Positions 1 through 8,560 are shown, counted from the first letter of the stretch. The stretch is 64,000 bases of DNA from IMGVR_UViG_3300032770_000001:124001-188000, one strand, 5' to 3'. A program made the numbers and translations. The notes: generated by a model from the letters alone, not told the origin.

Positions 1-98
1 GCTGATTGCATTCCACATCGATGGGGCTATCGCGGACATTTGCGATAGCAAACCCTTGTCGCGGCGGGTATTAGAAAGTATACGACCGGAGAAACGCG

Positions 99-701
99 AT
101 GAGTCCCTCAATAGCACTAAGCTTAAACAGCTTGAAAGACGCCTCGAAAAGTTACGGCAGCAAACCGTACTGGTTCGGCCTCGGCTTCATCCAACTGAAG
201 CTTAACGACGTTTCCCGCGTTCATTACTGGTGTCCTTGGATTCCGGCCCATGAGCGGGAAGAGATTCACGATCATCGCTACAACTTCAAGTCTACGGTTG
301 TCGCCGGGGTCTTGCATTTCGAGCTTTATGAGCCTACGCCAATGCAGCGGGATCACGTTTTCACTCATGAATTGTTTCAGACGGATTGTGCGCCGGGGCA
401 TGAAGGCAACAAAGACCACAAAGTTTATCCGGTGACTCTGGAACATCGCGGCACCTATGACGTGCACGCCGGGTCGAGTTACTGGTTCAGCGAAAAGCAA
501 TTCCACACGACTGAGGGCACGAGATTCGCCATCACGTATCTGGAACGCGAGGAGAAGACCAAGCAGTTTGCGAACGTAATTAAGCCTAAGGGAGCCCCGG
601 TCTCCTGCCCGTTTGCGAAGACGTTACCGGAAGATGAATGCTGGAGCTACATCGAACAGGCGATTGCAGCGGCGTACTTTTTGAAAGACAGTCATGGCTA
701 A
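99..701 (+). CDS. Cupin-like hypothetical protein
   Basis: 200-aa ORF with a cupin-like HDHxxxF...H pattern; overlaps the next start. Confidence 0.5.
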   Translation: MSPSIALSLNSLKDASKSYGSKPYWFGLGFIQLKLNDVSRVHYWCPWIPAHEREEIHDHRYNFKSTVVAGVLHFELYEPTPMQRDHVFTHELFQTDCAPGHEGNKDHKVYPVTLEHRGTYDVHAGSSYWFSEKQFHTTEGTRFAITYLEREEKTKQFANVIKPKGAPVSCPFAKTLPEDECWSYIEQAIAAAYFLKDSHG

Positions 702-1512
702 CATCAACACAATTTCGGACGTTTTCTTCACGTCCGACTGCCACTTCTACCACGGCAAGATTCTGTGGTTGGGTAACGGTCGTCCGTTCGGTCCGGCTGC
801 CGCACTCAAGGAAGCGGGACGGGCGTGGCTCACCGTCGAGCACGAGTTACGAACGGCTAAAACGGCTCTGGCTCTGAAACAGGGAAGCAGCGAGGCTGAA
901 GTCAAGGCGCTCGAAGCCAAGGAACTCGCCCTGCGTGAAGCCCTGAAGCCGATGGAAGCGGAAGGTCTGAAGGAAATGAATGAGGTTCTGGTCGAACGAC
1001 ACAACAAAGTCGTTCGTAAGGGCTCTCGTGTCTACAATCTGGGTGATGTATTCCTGAACTGCACTTTGGAGCAGGCTTTGGCAATCCGCCGAATGCTGGC
1101 TGGTCAGCATTTCTTGCTGGAAGGCAATCACGACAGCATCGCCGTGGAGATGGCAAAGCACGGCTCTTGGGTTTGGGTTAAGGACCGCAAACGCATTGAC
1201 GTTCAGATTCCTGACGGCATCGTTGCTCAGGGGCAAACGAAACACAAGATCATGCTGAGTCACTATGCACACTTGACTTGGCACGGCTCGAACAAAGGTG
1301 TCTGGCATTTGTACGGACACTCTCACAACCAACTGGAAGGATGGAAGGACACAGTATTGTCTAACATGCTCTCTTTTGACGTGGGCGTAGATTGCTGGGA
1401 TTACACCCCGGTATCCCTCGAACAGGTCATCGAGAAGATGAAGACGAAAATCCCGGTCTGGCAGGAGTGGCGAAACACCCTGAAGGCACGGGATATCGAA
1501 ATGGAATTCTAA
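694..1512 (+). CDS. Calcineurin-like metallophosphoesterase with a helical insert
   Basis: Motifs SDCH, GD, GNHD, H, GHSH and FDVGVD in the expected order. Confidence 0.85.
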   Translation: MANINTISDVFFTSDCHFYHGKILWLGNGRPFGPAAALKEAGRAWLTVEHELRTAKTALALKQGSSEAEVKALEAKELALREALKPMEAEGLKEMNEVLVERHNKVVRKGSRVYNLGDVFLNCTLEQALAIRRMLAGQHFLLEGNHDSIAVEMAKHGSWVWVKDRKRIDVQIPDGIVAQGQTKHKIMLSHYAHLTWHGSNKGVWHLYGHSHNQLEGWKDTVLSNMLSFDVGVDCWDYTPVSLEQVIEKMKTKIPVWQEWRNTLKARDIEMEF

Positions 1513-1528
1513 TTGGTTCGGAGGGTTT

Positions 1529-1897
1529 GTGAGCGAGACGGTAAAGACATACGATGCGGCGGCTGGAGAGCCGATGCCGACTGGTAATGGCGTTGACGTG
1601 GCGGTCGTCGCAGCGCAGTGGTTCAAAAACAACGGATACGATGAAATCGCCGAGGACATTGAAGCGCGTATCCGTTTAGGCGAACGCAAGTACGGCACCC
1701 GCCTGAAAGCGTTTAATGGACGTGTGGCGTTGATGGACTTATATCAGGAAGTCCTCGATGCCATCAATTACGCTCAGCAGTGTGTGATTGAGGACAAGCC
1801 GGACAAAGTCACGGCTCAGATCATCCTTGACAAGCTGCAACTGCTGGCGGTACAAGTGCAGGGGCATTTGAAACATGGCGAACAAACTTCACTGTGA
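1529..1897 (+). CDS. Hypothetical protein, possibly an all-alpha NTP pyrophosphatase-like fold
   Basis: RxxxGxxKYG...D.YQE.LD..NY pattern; tiles with neighbours. Confidence 0.4.
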   Translation: MSETVKTYDAAAGEPMPTGNGVDVAVVAAQWFKNNGYDEIAEDIEARIRLGERKYGTRLKAFNGRVALMDLYQEVLDAINYAQQCVIEDKPDKVTAQIILDKLQLLAVQVQGHLKHGEQTSL

Positions 1898-2222
1898 TTG
1901 TTGCGGAGCAATCGACGGCACCAATCTCACCGTCAAAAGCTCAAAAACAAACAGAACGGTAGCCTCTGCCGTTTACAAGGTGTGGCACGGCGTAACTTTC
2001 CACGGGCACACCATCGACATCTGCAACATTTGTCTCGAACAAGTAGAGGCTGTTCTAGGCTTCGAGTTGTTCGACAAAAAACCTAAGCCGACGCCGAAGG
2101 CATCGCGATTCGAAAACTCGAATCTCGAATGCGGCAAGTGTCACCACAAAGCGCACGAACCCAACAAGTGCGACGAGCGGGTATGCGATGCCGCAGGTGA
2201 CATGGATTGGTGCCCATGCTAG
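1875..2222 (+). CDS. Cys/His-rich hypothetical protein
   Basis: Several CxxC pairs; overlaps neighbours as in an operon. Confidence 0.55.
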   Translation: MANKLHCDCCGAIDGTNLTVKSSKTNRTVASAVYKVWHGVTFHGHTIDICNICLEQVEAVLGFELFDKKPKPTPKASRFENSNLECGKCHHKAHEPNKCDERVCDAAGDMDWCPC

Positions 2223-3280
2223 AAATCTATCAGCGAGTTGCGGAACTCTACGTCAAGCGGATCAATGAGGTCTTCACGTCCGAAGACACCATGAAGGCTG
2301 AATTCTACAAGATGTTCCCCTTCCAGCCGGACAAGAATGGCAAAATGGTGGAGTCCATTGAGTTCAGCCGCACCGACCACTGGAATGCTATTCTCTGGAA
2401 GATGTTCGAAGATGCGTGGCTTGAGGCCGGGCCGGAAGTGAAGTCTAAGCCGACCGGATATGACAAGCTCACCATCATGAAGTTGATTCATCCGCTTCTC
2501 GACTACAACCTGTTCACGCAGGTCTGCCTGAATCTTCAGGGTTATACTGGCATGGCGTACCGCCTCGGTGATGCGCAGGCTGTACTCAACAAGATCAAAG
2601 GTAGCTGGAAGCACCCGAAGCTCAACCCATTCGCTCCCAAGGTGAAGCGGATCAAGGACGCCAAGGACAAGGATGAGGTCAAGTTCAACAGCATCATCGG
2701 TCGTGTCCGGTCGGTCAACTTGATTGCACAGTTCGACGGACAGTCCAGTTTTCGCGTGACCCCAAAGGGCTCTACTCCGGCGTTTGCTGATAGCCGCAAT
2801 TTATCTATGATCGGCGTCGAGGGCGACCGCTATCTGAAAACTTTGCCGAACCTCAAGCCGTTCTACATCTCATGGCTGCCGGGTACGACGCCACAGTTTT
2901 ACACGTCCAAGGAACAGAACTTTCAAACCTGCGGCAACAAGCCGGGAACAAACCCAATGGTACTGCATTTTCCCGGCATCGAATATCCGATCCTGTCGAG
3001 TTCTGGTGGTGACATCACCAATGAAGTCATGTTCTCCCGGTTCGTCATGTACGAAGTTTTTCATGATTTCGACATCCTCAACGAGACATGTATCATGATC
3101 CCCCGGATGAACTCCGTGCTGGTGGTTACGCAGGTGGACGGTAAGCACATTAAGCAAACATTTGAGCGGTTGAAGGCTCAGTACCCTGTACTAGAATTCA
3201 ACGAAGGTGTACGCTACAAAGAAGAGGAGGCAGTCGATGAAGTGGAAAGTGTTCCGCAATCTCCGTTCGGGGGAGCGTGA
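2216..3280 (+). CDS. Hypothetical protein (about 354 aa)
   Basis: Long ORF; ATG 2216 overlaps the upstream stop region; no motif recognised. Confidence 0.75.
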   Translation: MLEIYQRVAELYVKRINEVFTSEDTMKAEFYKMFPFQPDKNGKMVESIEFSRTDHWNAILWKMFEDAWLEAGPEVKSKPTGYDKLTIMKLIHPLLDYNLFTQVCLNLQGYTGMAYRLGDAQAVLNKIKGSWKHPKLNPFAPKVKRIKDAKDKDEVKFNSIIGRVRSVNLIAQFDGQSSFRVTPKGSTPAFADSRNLSMIGVEGDRYLKTLPNLKPFYISWLPGTTPQFYTSKEQNFQTCGNKPGTNPMVLHFPGIEYPILSSSGGDITNEVMFSRFVMYEVFHDFDILNETCIMIPRMNSVLVVTQVDGKHIKQTFERLKAQYPVLEFNEGVRYKEEEAVDEVESVPQSPFGGA

Positions 3281-3393
3281 TGCAGTCAAACATACGAAAG
3301 ATGGCGAGTCGCATACTTTCTGCCATGATCCACGCAATTGTGAGTGCGTTTGCACTCTCTGTAAACATGCGGCACGTCGCGTGAGAAAACTCC

Positions 3394-3861
3394 ATGCCTA
3401 GCCTCGTAAAACAAATCTCTGATCGGCAGGCATTTGTGGAGAAAGTTATCGCTTTCGTCGGCGATTTGCTCAATGCCAAGGGCAAGGTGCTCAAGCATGA
3501 AGAACACTCGGCGCACTGCTATTCTCTTCATGAACTCGAACTCGATGGGTTCAAGTTTCAGGATGAGGGCTCTTTTACAATGTTCGGCGGCGATGGCGTG
3601 ACGATCTGGTACCAAGGATGGAAGGTCTTTGAGGTCGAATGGCATGACATCAAGAAAGTCGAAGTGAAAGAATTCGACACCAGTATGCCTTGTCCGGATT
3701 GGCGAACCCCATTGAAAAAGCTCATGCGCACGGGCGTAGCACGCATTGCCAAAAAGATTGAAACTACCGAAAAGAAAGCCGCAGCCCATAATCAGAACGC
3801 TATGCAACGGGTGAAGGCACAGATGGATTTGGAAGAGGAAGCTAGGAGGCTCCATGTCTAA
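3394..3861 (+). CDS. Hypothetical protein
   Basis: 155-aa ORF tiling with the next gene. Confidence 0.7.
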   Translation: MPSLVKQISDRQAFVEKVIAFVGDLLNAKGKVLKHEEHSAHCYSLHELELDGFKFQDEGSFTMFGGDGVTIWYQGWKVFEVEWHDIKKVEVKEFDTSMPCPDWRTPLKKLMRTGVARIAKKIETTEKKAAAHNQNAMQRVKAQMDLEEEARRLHV

Positions 3862-4432
3862 ACGTAAATATCGTACAACCTTGCTGAATGGAACGGCTCC
3901 CGAAGGGGATAAGGCGTGGTGCGTACACTGCGATGAATATGCGTATGATGAAGAGGGAAAGGCCATCGGCCCTGATCCCTGCAAACCACACACCTGCGAC
4001 TGCGAATGCCACACTAAGGCTCGTAAGCCGAAGTGCCTGTGTGCCGTAGTGGAAATTGAGAATCCGTGGGATTCCCCGGTCGGCTGCTGCATGGATTGCG
4101 ACTGCTTCTGCCACGTCGCCGAACAGAAGGAAGCAGACCGTACTAAGAAAAAACGAGACGCTCTGTGGAAAGCGGAGTTGAAGCGGCAGGAGGACGAGCG
4201 GTTCAAGAAAGAAGGCGTGCACGACTGGGAGAAGAAAGTGTTGGAATACCTCCTGCTCGATCCTAGCAGTTTGGATTTTAAGTACCGTTCATTCTTGGAG
4301 GCGTTGGCTTTTTCTGACAAAGCCGCCGCAGCCGGGAAGAAAGAGACGGGCACCGCGTTTATGAAACGAATGGCGACCACGCCGTGGGGATCGGTCTTCA
4401 TCGATGTCCACCGATTTCAGCCCGTAAAATAA
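3854..4432 (+). CDS. Cys-rich hypothetical protein
   Basis: 192-aa ORF with CxxC/CxCxCH clusters; ends just before a promoter. Confidence 0.7.
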   Translation: MSKRKYRTTLLNGTAPEGDKAWCVHCDEYAYDEEGKAIGPDPCKPHTCDCECHTKARKPKCLCAVVEIENPWDSPVGCCMDCDCFCHVAEQKEADRTKKKRDALWKAELKRQEDERFKKEGVHDWEKKVLEYLLLDPSSLDFKYRSFLEALAFSDKAAAAGKKETGTAFMKRMATTPWGSVFIDVHRFQPVK

Positions 4433-4446
4433 TTTTCCGCAGGTAG

Positions 4447-4475
4447 TTGACAAAAGTCTGCTACCGTGGTATTCA
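4447..4475 (+). promoter_or_regulatory. Sigma70-type promoter of the Tyr/Leu tRNA operon
   Basis: TTGACA 4447-4452, 17-nt spacer ending TGG, TATTCA 4470-4475. Confidence 0.75.
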
Positions 4476-4491
4476 TATAGTAGAGCAATTT

Positions 4492-4578
4492 ATGAACCGT
4501 GTCTTCCTAGCATCGTTGCGACTGTATAGCTACCTTAGCGGTGGCTTCGGCGAACGTGTGCGTTGGCGCGGTTGGTAA
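4492..4578 (+). CDS. Putative 28-aa leader peptide MNRVFLASLRLYSYLSGGFGERVRWRGW
   Basis: ATG 16 nt after the -10 element; codons CTA, TTG, CTG, TAT, TAC, CTT clustered; followed by a terminator. Confidence 0.7.
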   Translation: MNRVFLASLRLYSYLSGGFGERVRWRGW

Positions 4579-4600
4579 AAGGCTAACAAAACGTTCGAGA

Positions 4601-4635
4601 GAAGCCGCCAAGGAATTGGCGGCTTTTCCATTTTT
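4601..4635 (+). terminator. Intrinsic terminator (attenuator) ahead of the tRNA genes
   Basis: AAGCCGCCAA-GGAA-TTGGCGGCTT 10-bp stem followed by TTCCATTTTT. Confidence 0.85.
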
Positions 4636-4646
4636 ACTGAGATTTT

Positions 4647-4735
4647 GCATGGGTAGTCAAGCGGCCAACGACAGGAGTCTGTAAAACTCCCGCTCTTAGT
4701 GAGCTACGCAGGTTCAAATCCTGCCCCATGCACCA
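4647..4735 (+). tRNA. tRNA-Tyr(GTA)
   Basis: GCATGGG/CCCATGC acceptor stem, GGAGT-CTGTAAA-ACTCC anticodon arm, long variable arm, encoded CCA. Confidence 0.95.
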
Positions 4736-4736
4736 T

Positions 4737-4829
4737 GCACGTCTGGCTGATTGGTAAGGCAGCGGGCCGTAACCCCGTCTCACCCCAAGGGGTGACTCGA
4801 TGGAAGTTCGATTCTTCCGGCGTGCACCA
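4737..4829 (+). tRNA. tRNA-Tyr(GTA), divergent copy with C33
   Basis: GCACGTC/GGCGTGC acceptor stem, loop CCGTAAC, long variable arm, TTCGATT T-loop, CCA. Confidence 0.85.
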
Positions 4830-4835
4830 AATTTT

Positions 4836-5063
4836 ATGAGAGTCGTTCAGACAGCATTGACGAAGAGAACCGAGACGGGCACCGCCCATCTCATCGCTTG
4901 GCTCCCGGTTGATCCGCGAGTGAAGCGCGGCACTGTTGTGTCGTTGGACAAGGACGACTCGAATCGCTGGACGGTTGAAGCGCAGTACGCAACTCAAGAG
5001 TCAGAGGAAATTAACGACAAATGGGGATTGAGGCTGCCGAAGTCGCAACGCACCGAGCGGTAA
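4836..5063 (+). CDS. Small hypothetical protein inside the tRNA array
   Basis: ATG just after tRNA-Tyr; 75 aa. Confidence 0.6.
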   Translation: MRVVQTALTKRTETGTAHLIAWLPVDPRVKRGTVVSLDKDDSNRWTVEAQYATQESEEINDKWGLRLPKSQRTER

Positions 5064-5267
5064 TTCAGTACGACGACGGCAAATCGCCGAAGTCGGACAA
5101 AGACAAGGTGCCGCAGTGCACGCGCCGTGGACGCCCGTTAGGGTTCTACGTGCTGCTGCCAGACGGCACCGAACGACCGCTGAACATCGGGTTCATGCGT
5201 GTCGGTGAGATGAGTGCTCTTGAGAGCCTCTTAAACGAGATAATGTGCTTTCAAGGGCACATGACAT

Positions 5268-5345
5268 GCGCAGGTGATGGGAACTGGCATACCTAGTCGA
5301 ATGAGATTCGGCTGTTTGTGGGTTCGAAGCCCACTCTGCGCACCA
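5268..5345 (+). tRNA. tRNA-Leu(GAG), short variable loop
   Basis: GCGCAGG/TCTGCGC acceptor stem, GTCGA-ATGAGAT-TCGGC, 5-nt variable loop, TTCGAAG T-loop, ACCA. Confidence 0.8.
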
Positions 5346-5391
5346 AGATATGGTAGACTCCGTGGTATTAGTTAATCATGAGGTCTGCCAC

Positions 5392-6180
5392 ATGAAGCTG
5401 AAGTACACGAAGGAAATGTTAGAGCCGTTGGTGCGAGAGAGCACCAGTTTTCGGCAGGTCATTGACAAGCTGGGTATACGTCAGGGCGGCGGCACTCAGG
5501 CTAACCTTGTTCGTCGCATTAAGGCGCATGGATTAGACACGTCTCATTTCCTCGGACAGGCGCACGGTCGCGGTAAGCTTCGCGTTCGTTTAATTGCTTC
5601 GGAGGTTCTCGTCAATAATCGGACAGGTCGCAGAGAACACACCGATGTGCTTAGACGGGTGATGTTGGAATCGGGCGTCCCGTACCACTGTGAGCTATGT
5701 CCTAATGATGGAACTTGGCAGGGCCGACCGATAGTTTTGGAGATCGATCACCGGAACGGAAACAATCTGGATAATCGATTGGAGAATCTTCGATTCCTCT
5801 GTCCGAACTGCCATAGCCAACAGGTGACGGATGGTTCGAAAAATATTGCACTTCGTGAATTTGAGAAAAAACAAGGCTGGGTTTTGAAGGATAGTACGAC
5901 GCCAACGGAGTTCATGGCTAAGCACTACGAGGAATTGGCTAATAAAGTGCGCGAGCGATATCCGGATATGGCGTCAATGTTGGAGAGAATTGCGGATAAA
6001 GTCCGCTCCTACCTCAGCATGAACAAGGCAACGGTTCGCGTGTTCATTCGTGCTGACGGACAAGGCGCTACTTTTTATGTGCAGGGCGATGAGGAATGTG
6101 ATGCGATTGCAAAAGTCCGCGATCTGGCTCGCGACCTCACGAAAGAAGCGCAGGAGGGTACAAGATTTCGTTTAGTTTGA
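5392..6180 (+). CDS. HNH endonuclease with a C-terminal extension
   Basis: CELC...LEIDHRNGNNLDNRLENLRFLCPNCH; N-terminus of the kind seen in tRNA-linked phage HNH genes. Confidence 0.9.
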   Translation: MKLKYTKEMLEPLVRESTSFRQVIDKLGIRQGGGTQANLVRRIKAHGLDTSHFLGQAHGRGKLRVRLIASEVLVNNRTGRREHTDVLRRVMLESGVPYHCELCPNDGTWQGRPIVLEIDHRNGNNLDNRLENLRFLCPNCHSQQVTDGSKNIALREFEKKQGWVLKDSTTPTEFMAKHYEELANKVRERYPDMASMLERIADKVRSYLSMNKATVRVFIRADGQGATFYVQGDEECDAIAKVRDLARDLTKEAQEGTRFRLV

Positions 6181-6229
6181 TGTGCTTTGTTGTATCAACG
6201 TCAAGTTTTGATGTAACAAAGCACATCGG

Positions 6230-6315
6230 GCCGGAATGGTGGAATTGGCAGACACACTCCGTTCAGCGCGGAGCGGTTAACAGCCATGGGGGTTCAAGTC
6301 CCCCTTCCGGCACCA
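6230..6315 (+). tRNA. tRNA-Leu(CAG)
   Basis: GCCGGAA/TTCCGGC acceptor stem, CTCCG-TTCAGCG-CGGAG, long variable arm, ACCA. Confidence 0.9.
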
Positions 6316-6319
6316 AGTT

Positions 6320-6405
6320 CGGGTCGCGGCGAATGCGAGGGATGTTTTCCGGAAAACGCTACCTCGGTCACGCCGATAAAAACCGCGTGATGAGCGACCT
6401 GACCA
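6320..6405 (+). ncRNA. tRNA-like RNA with an 8-bp terminal stem and an ACCA end
   Basis: CGGGTCGC/GCGACCTG plus ACCA; internal helices GAGG/CCTC, GTTTT/AAAAC, TCACGC/GCGTGA; no T-loop consensus. Confidence 0.55.
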
Positions 6406-6409
6406 TTTT

Positions 6410-6495
6410 GCGGCTGTGGTGGAATGGCAGACACGCAGCGTTGAGGGCGCTGTTCTCGAAAGGGAGTGAAGGTTCAAGTCCTTTCAGCCGCACCA
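6410..6495 (+). tRNA. tRNA-Leu(GAG), canonical
   Basis: GCGGCTG/CAGCCGC acceptor stem, CAGCG-TTGAGGG-CGCTG, long variable arm, ACCA. Confidence 0.95.
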
Positions 6496-6540
6496 GTTTT
6501 AGTACGTTTCCGATTTTCGGAAAATCGGATTTGACAAAAT

Positions 6541-6619
6541 GCGTGGGTGAGGCAATTAGGCAGACCTCTTACGCTTAGAACGTAAGGTTTTGGGGGTTCG
6601 ATTCCCCCTCCACGCACCA
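6541..6619 (+). tRNA. tRNA-Leu(TAG), short variable loop
   Basis: GCGTGGG/TCCACGC acceptor stem, TTACG-CTTAGAA-CGTAA, 6-nt variable region, ACCA. Confidence 0.9.
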
Positions 6620-6624
6620 GTTTC

Positions 6625-6702
6625 GCCGGGATGATGCAATTTGGCAGACATCTTCGCCTCAAAATCGAAGTTCTGCGGGTTCGAGTCCCGCTCCCGGCAC
6701 CA
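6625..6702 (+). tRNA. tRNA-Leu(CAA), short variable loop
   Basis: GCCGGGA/TCCCGGC acceptor stem, loop CTCAAAA, 5-nt variable loop, ACCA. Confidence 0.9.
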
Positions 6703-6765
6703 AACCTCTCAAAACAAAGCACTTAAACCTAGCTAAAAACGACTCCCCGCAGGTAGAATAAGGGT

Positions 6766-6993
6766 ATGGAAATCACCTTGGCTACCATCATCTCGGCGGA
6801 ACTCGCGGCACAGGAAAAGCAGATTCCTCTTCCGGTCGGTGCAGTCATGATCGGCAAGCTGTTCACAGTCATCGAAAATGATGGCTCAGCCGCTATCGCC
6901 GAAGAGGTCACTGATGCTATACTGGCTGCGCGTGTTCGCCTGACGCCGGAGCATCAAGTCGGACAGAAGGTGCGATTCGTCCATTTCAACTGA
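6766..6993 (+). CDS. Small hypothetical protein, possibly leaderless
   Basis: TAGAAT 6 nt upstream of the ATG. Confidence 0.65.
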   Translation: MEITLATIISAELAAQEKQIPLPVGAVMIGKLFTVIENDGSAAIAEEVTDAILAARVRLTPEHQVGQKVRFVHFN

Positions 6994-7002
6994 GAGGCTC
7001 TC

Positions 7003-7182
7003 ATGTCGATCCCCGTACCGATCACCAAAGAAGAAGTCAAGAAGATCACCAGAGAACTCAAGAAGCCGCAGGACGTGATCTGTCTTGACGTGGACTCCCA
7101 CCTTAAGACCCTGCTCGTTGGGCAGAGCATGTTGCTGCTCGGCAAGACCGTCAAGGCAAAAATCGTCAAGGGTTACAAATGA
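7003..7182 (+). CDS. Small hypothetical protein (59 aa)
   Basis: GAGG RBS; MSIPVPITKEEVKK...; ATGA overlap with the next gene. Confidence 0.6.
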   Translation: MSIPVPITKEEVKKITRELKKPQDVICLDVDSHLKTLLVGQSMLLLGKTVKAKIVKGYK

Positions 7183-7499
7183 AGCGCGGCCTGTGGGAGA
7201 TTTTGGTTCCGGTCGTCAATAACCGGGGCAAGAAAATCCCTGTCAAATTTCATCAGGGTTGGGACGCCAAGGTGCGTGCCATCAGCGGCGGCTTGACTAT
7301 CCGTAAGCCGGAGAAGGGTCAGTGGGTTCACCCGGAATCGAAGTCCCTGTTCGCCGAGAAAATGATCCCGGTGAAATTCATGGGCACCCGTGACGAGGCG
7401 GACCAGATCGCACAGATGACGCTGGAGTATTACGACCAGCAGGCGGTCATGTGCTACAAGATCGCGGAAGAAGTCATCATGAAGGTTCGTTCCAGCTAG
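7179..7499 (+). CDS. Hypothetical protein
   Basis: 106-aa ORF, translationally coupled. Confidence 0.7.
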   Translation: MKRGLWEILVPVVNNRGKKIPVKFHQGWDAKVRAISGGLTIRKPEKGQWVHPESKSLFAEKMIPVKFMGTRDEADQIAQMTLEYYDQQAVMCYKIAEEVIMKVRSS

Positions 7500-7511
7500 G
7501 TATTATCTAGT

Positions 7512-7793
7512 GTGGATGACCGCGACACGTTCGACCGCAAGTGCGTAGAGTTGCACATGGCGGTCTATTTTCACATGCAGGCGATTCAGTTCGCCGACGA
7601 GCGCAACGCCGAGCCGGGGGAGATGCGTGAACTCCTGAAACGGCGAACCGATCTGGTTCAGGAAGCGTTGGATTACGTCTACGAGCATTGGGAGTATCTG
7701 GACGAGCCGACCAAGAAAGATTGGGAAGCTGCGGCTGCGGAGTTCCCACTAGCGAGAGAGAATGAAAACAGCGAAGCTACCGACGAAGATTGA
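7512..7793 (+). CDS. Helical hypothetical protein
   Basis: 93-aa ORF; GGTATTA 6 nt upstream of the start. Confidence 0.65.
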   Translation: MDDRDTFDRKCVELHMAVYFHMQAIQFADERNAEPGEMRELLKRRTDLVQEALDYVYEHWEYLDEPTKKDWEAAAAEFPLARENENSEATDED

Positions 7794-8409
7794 CAGTTTC
7801 CGGGGCGTATACCGCTTCCTGTCGAACTTCTACGAGAACTGCCCGGTGAAGCTGTGGGTGAGCACCAAGGGCAAGGTCTTTGCGAATTACGATGGGCTCT
7901 ACGGAATTGTCGAGCACATCAACTCGTTCAATCATCTGCCGGACGATCATCCGGATCGCGATTTTCTGTACTGGATTGAGACTTACGACAACGTCGAGAA
8001 TGCGTATCAGGCGGCGAAGTCCCTCGACATAAACGTTCGTGAGAAGTTCCGTGTTCGCGGCCTGCGTCCGTGGGATGCGAAGAAGCTTGGCGGCACAGTG
8101 AAACTACGTCCTGATTGGGATACAGGCACCGGGACTATGCCGCCGTTTAAGATTGTGGTCATGCTCGGTTTGCTGATGCAGAAATTTGAGCCGACCATGC
8201 TACGGCGTCGTCTGCTTTCAACGATGACGGCTGAATTGATTGAGGGCAACAACTGGCACGACACGTATTGGGGCGTCTGCGACGGGAATTGCAACGAAGG
8301 TCCGCATGAACCGTTCGGCACCAACCATCTCGGCAGGCTGCTGATGATCGTGCGAGGGTATCACGGAGGTTTGTACGATGGCACGAGTATTCTTACAGCG
8401 CGTCAGTGA
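7762..8409 (+). CDS. NADAR (YbiA-like) family protein
   Basis: FLSNFY, ENAYQAAK, LRPDW, LIEGNNWHDTYWG, NHLGRLLM. Confidence 0.9.
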   Translation: MKTAKLPTKIDSFRGVYRFLSNFYENCPVKLWVSTKGKVFANYDGLYGIVEHINSFNHLPDDHPDRDFLYWIETYDNVENAYQAAKSLDINVREKFRVRGLRPWDAKKLGGTVKLRPDWDTGTGTMPPFKIVVMLGLLMQKFEPTMLRRRLLSTMTAELIEGNNWHDTYWGVCDGNCNEGPHEPFGTNHLGRLLMIVRGYHGGLYDGTSILTARQ

Positions 8410-8560
8410 CGCGCTGGATTGGCTGTACGAGTTCCGGATTCCGATTGTTCTGGTGATCCTGCTCGTCCTGATGTTTGCGTTTCATAGCTGCGAGTTCCGC
8501 ATTTCGATTGATTCGCGCCCTTCGGAGACGACGACCGAACAAGGTGCTCGAAAATAATTG

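Noticed and set aside
4492-4635. T-box riboswitch (GGTGGC in the antiterminator)
   Set aside because: It lacks the GGUGGNACCGCG consensus and there is no room for Stem I between the promoter and this site; a leader ORF explains it better.
6230-6702. Suppressor or Sec tRNAs (TCA/TTA triplets visible in the loops)
   Set aside because: With proper 5-bp stems and 7-nt loops the central triplets are CAG, TAG and CAA (Leu).
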